Origin: Escherichia coli
GTDB taxonomy: Bacteria; Pseudomonadota; Gammaproteobacteria; Enterobacterales; Enterobacteriaceae
Direction: 5' to 3' (one strand)
Assembly (NCBI RefSeq): GCF_011045215.1
Contig: NZ_CP049201.1
DNA: 64,000 nt
Below the pieces are notes generated by a model that saw only the letters and a program-made list of their open reading frames with translations, did no database searches and was not told the DNA's origin. Shown in pieces: positions 47,169-56,051 of this stretch. A program made the translations under genes and the position numbers. How positions within the stretch are numbered: position 1 is the stretch's first letter; each line of letters begins with the position of its first letter.

Positions 47169-47843
47169 TTAGGCTTTGATTTTGTATCTTCTTGGTTTTC
47201 CTGAGAAAATCACTGTACCAATTATAGAGCAATTACCGTTGATCTTAATGTAAGGCTCAGGCCAGTTTGGGTTTAACGCTTTGAGATAACGCTGTGTCCC
47301 ATCTTCTATCAACCTTTTGAAGGTGGTTTCGCCTGTATCGTGCATCAATGCAATAACGTCGTCACCGTGGCAGGCAGGTACTTCAGGATCGACAAAAATC
47401 ATGTCTCCCGGGCGGTACTCATCAATCATTGAATCACCTATCACCCGCAAGATATAAGTCATTTCCCCACAGGGTACAGGGCAGGGATACGTTTCTGCTG
47501 TGCTCAAATCAACCTCAGAATATCCAACTTCTTTCCATGCTCCGGCCTGTACCCATGATATGACAGGGACTAATGTGATTTGTTTATTAGTGATTGAAAC
47601 ATCAGGTTTTTTTGTGATGTTCGTTGTCTGGTGTTCTTGATCGAGCCATCCGACAGGCAGGTCGAAACATTTTTCGATGTGTCGTGCCATGCTGTCACCG
47701 ATATTTTTAGTAGCACCATCTCCCATAAACCTGCTGGTCTGGGTTGGCTCGCGATCAATCATAGTGGCAAAGGAAGAATTCCCGCCAACACCATCTCTCA
47801 GTTTTCTGGCGTTAGACCGCCGGATGTCATGGATTGTTTTCAT
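47169..47843 (-). CDS. cI: phage repressor CI (HTH plus S24 LexA-like peptidase domain)
   Basis: 224 aa; C-terminal S24 domain with Ser (GDSM) and Lys; divergent from cro. Confidence 0.85.
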   Translation of the reverse strand: MKTIHDIRRSNARKLRDGVGGNSSFATMIDREPTQTSRFMGDGATKNIGDSMARHIEKCFDLPVGWLDQEHQTTNITKKPDVSITNKQITLVPVISWVQAGAWKEVGYSEVDLSTAETYPCPVPCGEMTYILRVIGDSMIDEYRPGDMIFVDPEVPACHGDDVIALMHDTGETTFKRLIEDGTQRYLKALNPNWPEPYIKINGNCSIIGTVIFSGKPRRYKIKA

Positions 47844-47933
47844 AACGAAATTAAAACCCTTGTACCGTTAAGGTACAAGTATCTTGAAGGTTCATTTCAA
47901 TCATGTAATATGTACACCGGAGGTACATATTGT
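47844..47933. promoter_or_regulatory. cI/cro divergent promoter-operator region
   Basis: Inverted repeats with GTAC cores: cttgtaccgttaaggtacaag (47857-47877) and atgtacaccggaggtacat (47911-47929). Confidence 0.5.
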
Positions 47934-48134
47934 ATGAAAGCGTATTGGGACTCTTTAACCAAAGAACAGCAGGGCGAGTTGGCCGGAAAAGTTGGCTCAA
48001 CACCTGGCTACTTACGGCTGGTTTTCAATGGCTATAAAAAAGCCAGTTTTGTGCTGGCTAAAAAACTTGAGCAATGCACGTCAGGTGCAATTACGAAATC
48101 TGACTTAAGACCGGATATCTATCCGAAAGATTAG
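47934..48134 (+). CDS. cro: Cro-like repressor
   Basis: 67-aa ORF from MKAYWDSL, divergent from cI; the longer listed ORF overlaps cI antisense. Confidence 0.65.
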   Translation: MKAYWDSLTKEQQGELAGKVGSTPGYLRLVFNGYKKASFVLAKKLEQCTSGAITKSDLRPDIYPKD

Positions 48135-48165
48135 CAGAACACTTTCAATTTTTAACCACAGAACG

Positions 48166-48729
48166 ATGAGGCTAACCGTGGGTAAGCATCACTGGAAAAT
48201 AGAAAAACAGCCTGAGTGGTACGTGAAAGCTGTCAGAAAAACTATCGCGGCGTTGCCGGGTGGTTACGCTGAAGCGGCTGACTGGCTCGATGTAACAGAA
48301 AACGCTTTATTCAACCGCCTTCGTGCAGATGGCGATCAGATTTTCCCGCTGGGATGGGCAATGGTTTTACAGCGTGCTGGTGGCACTCACTTCATTGCTG
48401 ATGCTGTGGCGCAGTCTGCAAATGGCGTCTTTGTGTCTCTTCCTGACGTCGAGGATGTGGACAACGCCGATATCAACCAACGCCTGCTGGAAGTCATTGA
48501 ACAGATCGGCAGTTATTCAAAACAGATTCGTTCAGCAATTGAAGACGGTGTAGTGGAACCGCATGAGAAGACAGCAATTAACGACGAGCTGTACCTCTCA
48601 ATTTCGAAGCTGCAGGAGCATGCAGCACTGGTCTACAAAATTTTTTGCATTTCAGAAAGTAATGACGCCCGCGAGTGTGCAGCTCCGGGCGCCGTGGCGT
48701 GTCGTGACTGTGGAGAAACTAACGCATGA
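48166..48729 (+). CDS. phage regulatory protein (CII-like / YdaT-family position)
   Basis: 187 aa immediately after cro; product assignment by position only. Confidence 0.4.
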   Translation: MRLTVGKHHWKIEKQPEWYVKAVRKTIAALPGGYAEAADWLDVTENALFNRLRADGDQIFPLGWAMVLQRAGGTHFIADAVAQSANGVFVSLPDVEDVDNADINQRLLEVIEQIGSYSKQIRSAIEDGVVEPHEKTAINDELYLSISKLQEHAALVYKIFCISESNDARECAAPGAVACRDCGETNA

Positions 48730-49073
48730 ACAGTTTAACAACACACTACCGTCGCTCGCAACTGATTGCGCTTCCTGTACCGGGTGGAAAAGCGAAGGTG
48801 GAGTATTGCTATGCAGTAAATGTACCAGGTGACAGGGAAATTGTAACCCACAGCTTTGCAGAGTGGGCTGTGGGTGATTTCAACCGGCAGAAGGAGACAG
48901 TCCTTTGCGACAAGTTAACCGCTGGTTCAAAGATCACTACGGAGTGCCCGTCAGAGTCATTCGTTGGGAGCCGGAAACACAACGTGTTATCTACCTCCGC
49001 GAAGGCTATGAGCATGAGTGCTTCAGCCCGCTCGAACAGTTTCGTCGTAAATTCAGGGAAATAGAGGTCGGTC

Positions 49074-50015
49074 ATGAGCACTAAATTAACCGGCTATGTA
49101 TGGGATGGTTGCGCTGCATCAGGCATGAAATTATCCAGCGTGGCAATTATGGCCCGCCTGGCTGATTTCAGTAATGACGAAGGTGTGTGCTGGCCATCAA
49201 TTGAAACCATTGCCCGCCAGATTGGCGCGGGAATGAGTACCGTCAGAACGGCTATCGCACGGCTGGAAGCAGAAGGCTGGTTAACGCGTAAGGCGCGTCG
49301 CCAGGGTAACCGCAATGCGTCGAATGTTTATCAGCTTAACGTTGCGAAGCTTCAGGCAGCGGCATTTTCTCAACTGTCAGATTCTGACCCGTCAAAATCT
49401 GACGCATCAAAATCTGACCCGTCAAAATTTGATGCGTCGAAATCTGGCAAAAAAGCGGGTTTTCACCCGTCAGAATCTGGCGGGGATCCGTCAGTAAAAT
49501 CAAAACATGATCCGTCAGATAAAAAAACTTCTCGTCCGGACGCTTCGCAACCGGACACGCAGACGGCTGAACAGGAGTTTTTAACTCGCCATCCTGATGC
49601 GGTTGTATTCAGCCCTAAAAAGCGCCAGTGGGGAACGCAGGATGATTTGACCTGCGCACAGTGGCTCTGGAAAAAAATCATCGCCCTGTACGAGCAGGCC
49701 GCCGAATGTGACGGCGAGGTGGTTCGTCCCAAAGAACCGAACTGGACAGCCTGGGCAAACGAAATTCGCCTGATGTGTGTGCAGGATGGTCGTACTCATA
49801 AACAAATCTGCGAGATGTACAGCCGCGTCAGTCGCGATCCGTTCTGGTGCCGTAACGTGCTCAGCCCGTCGAAGCTGCGGGAAAAATGGGATGAGCTTTC
49901 CCTGCGCTTATCGCCGTCCGTCAGCACGTACACCGAAAAACGCGAAGACCCGTACTTCAAAGCCAGTTACGACAACGTGGACTACAGCCAGATCCCGGCA
50001 GGATTCAGGGGGTGA
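49074..50015 (+). CDS. replication initiation protein (lambda O-like) with internal iteron-encoded repeats
   Basis: HTH N-terminus (GMSTVRTAIARLEAEGWLT), repeated SDPSKSDASKSDPSKFDASKS segment. Confidence 0.7.
   Translation: MSTKLTGYVWDGCAASGMKLSSVAIMARLADFSNDEGVCWPSIETIARQIGAGMSTVRTAIARLEAEGWLTRKARRQGNRNASNVYQLNVAKLQAAAFSQLSDSDPSKSDASKSDPSKFDASKSGKKAGFHPSESGGDPSVKSKHDPSDKKTSRPDASQPDTQTAEQEFLTRHPDAVVFSPKKRQWGTQDDLTCAQWLWKKIIALYEQAAECDGEVVRPKEPNWTAWANEIRLMCVQDGRTHKQICEMYSRVSRDPFWCRNVLSPSKLREKWDELSLRLSPSVSTYTEKREDPYFKASYDNVDYSQIPAGFRG
49375..49445. repeat. tandem about 18-bp iterons, candidate phage replication origin
   Basis: tcaaaatctgac(c/g)c(g/a) repeated 4 times inside the O-like gene. 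Confidence 0.5.
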
Positions 50016-50506
50016 GCATGAGTCTTTTGAATGACGTTCAGAAATTCATTGAAGCCCATCCGGGCTGTACTTCCGGAGATATTGCGGATGCTTTTGCCGG
50101 TTACTCACGGCAGCGCGTTCTGCAGTCAGCAAGCAAGTTACGTCAGAGTGGGCGTGTGGCTCACCGTTGTGAAGGAGATACACGCAGACATTTCCCGCGC
50201 CTGACTGAGAGAGCGCAGGAACCGGAACCACAACCAGTTCGTGAAACCAGACCTGTGCGCAATTTCTATGTCGGCACTAACGATCCCCGTGTGATTTTGT
50301 GCCTGACCCGCCAGGCGGAAGAACTGGAGTCCAGGGGCTTATACCGTCGTGCTGCAACCGTGTGGATGGCGGCATTCCGTGAAAGCCACTCCCAGCCAGA
50401 ACGAAACAATTTTCTGGCGCGTCGTGAGCGGTGCTTACGGAAAAGCAGCAAGCGCGCTGCATCGGGTGAAGAGTGGTATCTGTCAGGGAATTACGTGGGG
50501 GCTTAA
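50012..50506 (+). CDS. phage protein with PerC-like C-terminal domain
   Basis: AEELESRGLYRRAATVWMAAFRES resembles the PerC/Pch signature. Confidence 0.45.
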   Translation: MSMSLLNDVQKFIEAHPGCTSGDIADAFAGYSRQRVLQSASKLRQSGRVAHRCEGDTRRHFPRLTERAQEPEPQPVRETRPVRNFYVGTNDPRVILCLTRQAEELESRGLYRRAATVWMAAFRESHSQPERNNFLARRERCLRKSSKRAASGEEWYLSGNYVGA

Positions 50507-51159
50507 TGAGTAATAAATATTGCCAGGCGCTGGTGGAACTGCGGAACAAACCAGCCCATGAACTGAAGGAAGTGGGCGATCAGTGGCGCACGCCGGACAA
50601 CATTTTCTGGGGAATTAACACCCTGTTTGGCCCGTTTGTTCTGGATCTGTTCACTGACGGTGATAACGCCAAATGTGCCGCGTATTACACGGCGGAAGAC
50701 AACGCGCTGGCGCATGACTGGTCAGAACGTCTTGCGGAGCTTAAAGGTGCTGCCTTTGGTAATCCCCCATACAGCCGCGCCAGTCAGCATGAGGGGCAAT
50801 ACATCACCGGCATGCGTTACATCATGAAACATGCCAGTGCCATGCGTGATAAGGGCGGGCGCTATGTTTTCCTGATCAAAGCTGCCACCAGCGAAGTGTG
50901 GTGGCCGGAAGATGCAGATCATATTGCTTTTATTCGCGGGCGTATTGGTTTTGAACTGCCTGTCTGGTTTATCCCGAAAGACGAGAAGCAGGTACCGACA
51001 GGAGCTTTTTTCGCTGGTGCTATTGCTGTTTTTGACAAGACCTGGAAGGGACCGGCAATCAGCTACATCGGGCGCGATGAACTTGAGGCATGTGGTGAGG
51101 CGTTTCTGGCGCAGGTTCGCCAGCAGGCGGAAAAACTGGTCAGGGAGATGGCGGCATGA
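50506..51159 (+). CDS. phage DNA N6-adenine methyltransferase (Dam-like)
   Basis: NPPY motif (FGNPPYSRA); start at MSNKYCQ. Confidence 0.75.
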   Translation: MSNKYCQALVELRNKPAHELKEVGDQWRTPDNIFWGINTLFGPFVLDLFTDGDNAKCAAYYTAEDNALAHDWSERLAELKGAAFGNPPYSRASQHEGQYITGMRYIMKHASAMRDKGGRYVFLIKAATSEVWWPEDADHIAFIRGRIGFELPVWFIPKDEKQVPTGAFFAGAIAVFDKTWKGPAISYIGRDELEACGEAFLAQVRQQAEKLVREMAA

Positions 51160-51482
51160 CGACGTTAACTCAATGCCAGCAGCAGGTGCTGGATATGCTG
51201 ATTTCTTATCAGAAAGAACGTGGCTTCCCGCCAACCAATCAGGAGGTGGCAACCATGCTGGGATACCGTTCGGTGAATGCAGCGGTGGAGCATCTTCGCG
51301 CACTGGAGAAAAAAGGCGTCATCACGATAAAGCGTGGCGTGGCCCGGGGGATAACGCTTCATACCGCGGTGAAGGACGACGACAGCGAGGCGGTCGGGAT
51401 TATCCGCGCACTGCTTGCCGGTGAGGAAAACGCAAGGCTGCGTGCAACCCACTGGTTACATGAGAGGGACCTGAAAGTATGA
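51156..51482 (+). CDS. LexA-like DNA-binding domain protein
   Basis: N-terminus resembles LexA winged helix (QQQVLDMLISYQKERGFPPTNQEVATMLGYRSVNAAVEHLRALEKKGVI). Confidence 0.6.
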   Translation: MTTLTQCQQQVLDMLISYQKERGFPPTNQEVATMLGYRSVNAAVEHLRALEKKGVITIKRGVARGITLHTAVKDDDSEAVGIIRALLAGEENARLRATHWLHERDLKV

Positions 51483-51868
51483 AGCTGATCCTGCCTTTTC
51501 CGCCCAGCGTGAACACGTACTGGCGACACCCCAACAAAGGGGCGTTTGCTGGTAAGAGCCTGATAAGCGCGGCGGGGCGAAAATTCCAGAGCGCGGCGTG
51601 CGCAGCAATAGTTGAGCAGTTACGTCGTCTGCCGAAACCAACGTCGGCACCTGCTTCAGTGGAGATCGTGTTGTTTCCTCCGGATAACCGGATCCGCGAT
51701 CTGGACAACTATAACAAGGCGCTGTTTGACGCCCTGACCCACGCGGGTGTGTGGGAAGACGACAGTCAGGTGAAAAGAATGCTGGTGGAGTGGGGGCCGG
51801 TTATCCCGGAAGGGAAGGTCGAGATCACTATCAGTAAGTACGAGAAAACGGCGGGTGCAGCCGCCTGA
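51479..51868 (+). CDS. rusA: Holliday junction resolvase RusA
   Basis: 129 aa, conserved DLDNYNKALFDAL region. Confidence 0.85.
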   Translation: MKLILPFPPSVNTYWRHPNKGAFAGKSLISAAGRKFQSAACAAIVEQLRRLPKPTSAPASVEIVLFPPDNRIRDLDNYNKALFDALTHAGVWEDDSQVKRMLVEWGPVIPEGKVEITISKYEKTAGAAA

Positions 51869-51887
51869 TTAAGAGGAGAAACGAAGT

Positions 51888-52685
51888 ATGAATAATCTGA
51901 TGGTCATTGATGGTATTGAAGTTCGTCGTGATGCTTATGGGCGTTACAGCCTGAACGATCTGCACAGGGCTGCCGGTTCTCAGGATAAGCATAAGCCTGC
52001 ATTCTGGCTCCGCAATGAGCAAACCGAACGTTTAATAAGCGAGTTGCAGATTTGCAACTCGGTCAATATAGAGCCAGTTAACGTTAGTCGTGGCGGAAAT
52101 AACCAGGGGACGTATGTCTGCAAAGAACTGGTGTATGCCTATGCAATGTGGATCAGCCCGTCATTCCATCTGAAGGTGATCCGTACTTTCGATATGGTAA
52201 CCAGCGCACCGGAAAAATTATCCGGGCAGGCTGCTGACAAGATGCAGGCTGGCGTGATTCTGCTGGACTTTATGCGCCGGGAGTTAAACCTGTCTAACTC
52301 ATCTGTGCTTGGGGCCTGTCAGAAACTCCAGGAGGCTGTTGGCTTACCGAATCTGGCACCACGCTATGCCATTGATGCTCCTGCTGACGCGCCTGATGGC
52401 TCAAGTCGCCCTACGCTGTCGCTGAGTGCACTGCTGAAACAGTATGGTATCCGCCTGACAGCTAATCAGGCATATCACCAGATGGCGAAGCTGGGGATCG
52501 TTGAACAACGCGAACGATACAGCCGTACCGCGATTAACAACATCAAAAAATTCTGGTCGCTGACGGCGAAAGGCTGCATGTTCGGCAAGAACATTACCAG
52601 TCCTGCAAATCCGCGCGAGACGCAGCCGCATTTCTTCGAATCCCGATTCCCTGAGCTGTTAAAGCTGCTCGATACCGTTCATTGA
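51888..52685 (+). CDS. KilA-N domain protein (antirepressor-like)
   Basis: N-terminal KilA-N-like region (VIDGIEVRRDAYGRYSLNDLHRAAG). Confidence 0.5.
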   Translation: MNNLMVIDGIEVRRDAYGRYSLNDLHRAAGSQDKHKPAFWLRNEQTERLISELQICNSVNIEPVNVSRGGNNQGTYVCKELVYAYAMWISPSFHLKVIRTFDMVTSAPEKLSGQAADKMQAGVILLDFMRRELNLSNSSVLGACQKLQEAVGLPNLAPRYAIDAPADAPDGSSRPTLSLSALLKQYGIRLTANQAYHQMAKLGIVEQRERYSRTAINNIKKFWSLTAKGCMFGKNITSPANPRETQPHFFESRFPELLKLLDTVH

Positions 52686-52686
52686 G

Positions 52687-53682
52687 GTGACCGTGAGAGC
52701 ACTACTGACCCCTGAAATTGCCCCGCGTATGGGGATCGTATTGTTCAGACCAGGTTCAGAGCTGATGCCCCTGTTTATGCAGGGGCGTGTACTGCTGGAG
52801 CCTGAGCCGGAACGTTATTCATCTTTCGCCAGTGGTGCCGTTCCCGCGGCATCACAACCGCTGGCGGATGATCCTGCTGTTCGGGCCGTGTTCCGCAATG
52901 AGGCAGTGATCCGTCGTGCTGGTGGCGTGGAATGTCTTGAAAGCTGGTTACTTCGTGAAAAAGGCTGCCAGTGGCCTCATTCCGACTGGCACAGCGAGAA
53001 CATGACCACAATGCGACACGCTCCGGGCGCAATCCGTCTGTGCTGGCACTGTGATAACCAGCTGCGCGATCAGTTCACGGAACGGCTGGAATCAATGGCA
53101 ACGGATAACTGTGCCCGCTGGGTGTTGTCTGTTGTGCGTCGGGATCTCGGTTTTGATGATAGTCACGTTGTGACAATGCCGGAACTGTGCTGGTGGCTGA
53201 TTCGTAATGACCTGGCGGATGCCTTACCGGAAAGTGCAGCCCGTAAGGCACTGAGATTACCAAAGCCTGTTGTGCCGTCTGTCACCCGGGAAAGTGACCT
53301 TGTGCCTTCGGTTCCTGCCACCAGCATCATCCAGGATAAGGCAAAAAAGGTGCTGGCGCTGAAAGTGGATCCGGAGTCGCCGGAGTCTTTTATGTTACGC
53401 CCAAAACGTCGCCGCTGGGTTAATGAGAAGTACACGCGCTGGGTTAAGACACAGCCGTGTGCATGTTGTGGAAAGCCCGCTGATGATCCCCACCACCTGA
53501 TAGGCCACGGTCAGGGGGGAATGGGTACAAAAGCGCATGACCTCTTTGTGTTGCCTTTGTGCAGAAAGCATCACGACGAGCTGCATGCGGATACCGTGGC
53601 ATTTGAAGAGAAGTATGGCTCCCAGCTGGAGCTGATATTTCGTTTTATCGATCGTGCGCTGGCAATTGGCGTGCTGGCCTGA
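52687..53682 (+). CDS. phage protein, DUF968-like (Cys/His-rich)
   Basis: C-terminal CxxC...HH...PLCRKHHDELH pattern. Confidence 0.5.
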   Translation: MTVRALLTPEIAPRMGIVLFRPGSELMPLFMQGRVLLEPEPERYSSFASGAVPAASQPLADDPAVRAVFRNEAVIRRAGGVECLESWLLREKGCQWPHSDWHSENMTTMRHAPGAIRLCWHCDNQLRDQFTERLESMATDNCARWVLSVVRRDLGFDDSHVVTMPELCWWLIRNDLADALPESAARKALRLPKPVVPSVTRESDLVPSVPATSIIQDKAKKVLALKVDPESPESFMLRPKRRRWVNEKYTRWVKTQPCACCGKPADDPHHLIGHGQGGMGTKAHDLFVLPLCRKHHDELHADTVAFEEKYGSQLELIFRFIDRALAIGVLA

Positions 53683-53696
53683 TTTGGTGGAGAAAG

Positions 53697-54065
53697 TTGA
53701 TGCGTGATATTCAGATGGTTCTTGAGCGTTGGGGAGCATGGGCGGCGAGTGATAGTTCAGGCGTTGACTATTCACCTATAGCTGCTGGGTTTAAGGGACT
53801 TCTTCCCTATACCAGCAAGAAACGCTTGGCTTGTTCGGATAGTGATGCATTAATTATTGAAGGTTGTCTTGCTCGTCTAAAGCAAAAAAGACCTTATGAG
53901 CATTCGCTTCTTGTGGCACATTATTTATACAGAATATCCAAGCGTAAGATTGCAAAGGCGCGTGGAAAGGATGAGAAATTGATACGTATAGAAATACAGC
54001 TAGCCGAAGGATTTATTGATGGCTGCCTTTCCATGCTAGATCTAACATTAGATTTGGACGTTTAA
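53697..54065 (+). CDS. Q: late-gene antitermination protein Q
   Basis: 122 aa with LERWGAWA motif; positioned before the lysis genes. Confidence 0.65.
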   Translation: MMRDIQMVLERWGAWAASDSSGVDYSPIAAGFKGLLPYTSKKRLACSDSDALIIEGCLARLKQKRPYEHSLLVAHYLYRISKRKIAKARGKDEKLIRIEIQLAEGFIDGCLSMLDLTLDLDV

Positions 54066-54066
54066 T

Positions 54067-54091
54067 AATACGCCCCATGCAGGGGCGTATT
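54067..54091. terminator. bidirectional hairpin terminator between Q and the KAP NTPase gene
   Basis: Perfect inverted repeat aatacgcccc-atgca-ggggcgtatt flanked by A/T runs. Confidence 0.5.
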
Positions 54092-54093
54092 AT

Positions 54094-55425
54094 TTACTGG
54101 ATGAATGACATTTGATTAATATATTTTATCAATAACTCTCTGGGTGTAGTACTCCAAAAATTTAGGTGTTCATAATCAGTATAAACATTGGTGAATTTTT
54201 TAAGTTCTTCATCACTTTTAGGGGCAAATCGCTCATTAAGAGTAATACTGTCTTTAATTATTCCGAAGAATACAATAGATATTTCAGGAATTTGCGATCT
54301 TCTCTCATAAGAATAAGGTATTTCTTTTATGTTAAGCAGATCTGCTAAATGAGATATAGATTCTGCGGTAATTTCTTGTTTTAGTTTTTCCTTGTCACCA
54401 AAGCAATGTATGAAGACAGCTACGACAAAGATCTTATTTATTAAAGGATCACTGCTTTTGTACTCATCGTCGTTTAATAGTTGAAAAATGTTAAGATTGC
54501 GTGAAAAAGTTTGTGTTTCACGTAAGGATAAGTTGGTTCGTTGAATTAAATCACGGATAAATCTACCAGATAAACTATTAATTTCATTTAATGATTTTGT
54601 CTTGTCTACAAGGTAATTCCAATATATAACAGATGTTTTACATACGACGTGACCATTTATTAAACATGTGTCTGGAAGCGTGATGGTATATTTTATAAAC
54701 TTGTCAAGATACTTTTGTGAGTTAATACTATAACCATAAATATGATTTATCGATGCTTTTAATTGTTCTGTGTTTGTAACTAAAATAAAAAAGACATTAT
54801 TGATGTCAAAAATGTGTTTTATTGTTTCAATGACATTTGTTGAAAAACTCGGCTTACATCGGTCTAATTCATCAATTATAATTACTATCTTTTGACTTTC
54901 TGAAATGCTTTCGATGCAAGATTTAAGTGAATTTATGTTTTTCTCTGATTCCATATGGTCTTCAAGCAAATTTTCAATAGTCCCATCTATTGCTGCATTG
55001 CTTGCTTTCTTCATCGCATCTTGGAATTCTTCGGAAACTTCACTAGCCTCCTGTCGTAAAAACCAACCTGCACCAGCTTTTAGTACCGTTTTTAAACCAA
55101 AGCGAATTGCAGGAAGAGATCTCTTAATGAAGTGTTGTTTTTCTTCCTCAGGTAAAATGCTGGCAATTGCAGAGGTTATGAGAAGTAATGGAGATTCTGC
55201 ATGATCCCCTTTAAAGGCATCAATATAAACAACTTTAGATTCAGTTTCTTGCTCAATAATGAGATTTTTCAGTTTGATACTAAATTCTGTTTTCCCTGTT
55301 CCCCATGCGCCGTCTATTACCAGTGGTGAAATGTCTGCCTCTGGTTTTAGCAACTTGATGATATTTTCAGCGATGTTTCTGCGTTGGAACTCGTCACGTT
55401 CAGTGAAAGATAGTGTATCTAACAT
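54094..55425 (-). CDS. KAP-family P-loop NTPase (prophage cargo; candidate defense protein)
   Basis: 443 aa; Walker A DGAWGTGKT, Walker B IIIDELDR; AT-rich; antisense to the late operon. Confidence 0.75.
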   Translation of the reverse strand: MLDTLSFTERDEFQRRNIAENIIKLLKPEADISPLVIDGAWGTGKTEFSIKLKNLIIEQETESKVVYIDAFKGDHAESPLLLITSAIASILPEEEKQHFIKRSLPAIRFGLKTVLKAGAGWFLRQEASEVSEEFQDAMKKASNAAIDGTIENLLEDHMESEKNINSLKSCIESISESQKIVIIIDELDRCKPSFSTNVIETIKHIFDINNVFFILVTNTEQLKASINHIYGYSINSQKYLDKFIKYTITLPDTCLINGHVVCKTSVIYWNYLVDKTKSLNEINSLSGRFIRDLIQRTNLSLRETQTFSRNLNIFQLLNDDEYKSSDPLINKIFVVAVFIHCFGDKEKLKQEITAESISHLADLLNIKEIPYSYERRSQIPEISIVFFGIIKDSITLNERFAPKSDEELKKFTNVYTDYEHLNFWSTTPRELLIKYINQMSFIQ

Positions 55426-55487
55426 AATATAAACCTATTAACTCCTACAGTAAAAAACGAATAATACGACTTTGGGATTAAAAATCA

Positions 55488-55516
55488 TTAACGCGGTCCG
55501 CAAAAATTCTTGTAAT
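55488..55516 (+). promoter_or_regulatory. candidate late promoter (PR'-like)
   Basis: TTAACG -35 and TGTAAT -10 with 17-bp spacer, upstream of terminator and holin. Confidence 0.35.
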
Positions 55517-55548
55517 CTGTTAAGAGTGGTTACTTCGCCACACAGCTT

Positions 55549-55582
55549 AAACCCGCCGTCGAGCGGGTTTTGTCGTTTTTGT
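55549..55582 (+). terminator. intrinsic terminator (tR'-like, Q target)
   Basis: aacccgc-cgtcga-gcgggtt hairpin followed by ttttgtcgttttt. Confidence 0.45.
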
Positions 55583-55721
55583 TGCTGGGGATTCGTTGGG
55601 CCTGGCCTATCCAGCAGTTATCCATTGGTTCGGCTCTTTGACGTTTCCGCTTCTGATTTGCGGTACATGATGTTCCCTCAATTTGCACCTGCTGTATCAG
55701 CGAGGTGAGAGATAACTACAA

Positions 55722-56048
55722 ATGCCTCATAACCCAAATACTTGGCTGGACTTGGTCCAGAGCTGGTGGCGTGGAGACACACCGCTGGGCGCAGTGATTA
55801 TGTCGATTGTTATGGCTGGTTTGCGTATCGCCTACTTTGGTGGTGGTGGCGGCTGGAAGCGAAAAACGCTCGAGATTTTGCTCTGTGGCGCTCTGACTCT
55901 GACTTTTGCATCCGCGCTTGAGTATGTCGGATGGCCTAAATCACTTTCTGTTGCCATTGGTGGTGGCGTTGGGTTGATCGGTGTCGATGCTATTCGTGGG
56001 GCTGCAATGAGAGTAATCGGTAATAAGTTTGGTGGCTCTAAGGAGTAA
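55722..56048 (+). CDS. S: holin
   Basis: 108 aa, hydrophobic helices, charged C-terminus; directly upstream of endolysin. Confidence 0.6.
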   Translation: MPHNPNTWLDLVQSWWRGDTPLGAVIMSIVMAGLRIAYFGGGGGWKRKTLEILLCGALTLTFASALEYVGWPKSLSVAIGGGVGLIGVDAIRGAAMRVIGNKFGGSKE

Positions 56049-56051
56049 TTT

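Noticed and set aside
47631-48134. 167-aa ORF covering cro and extending upstream
   Set aside because: The upstream part is antisense to cI; the operator region and RBS support the short 67-aa Cro-like ORF from 47934.
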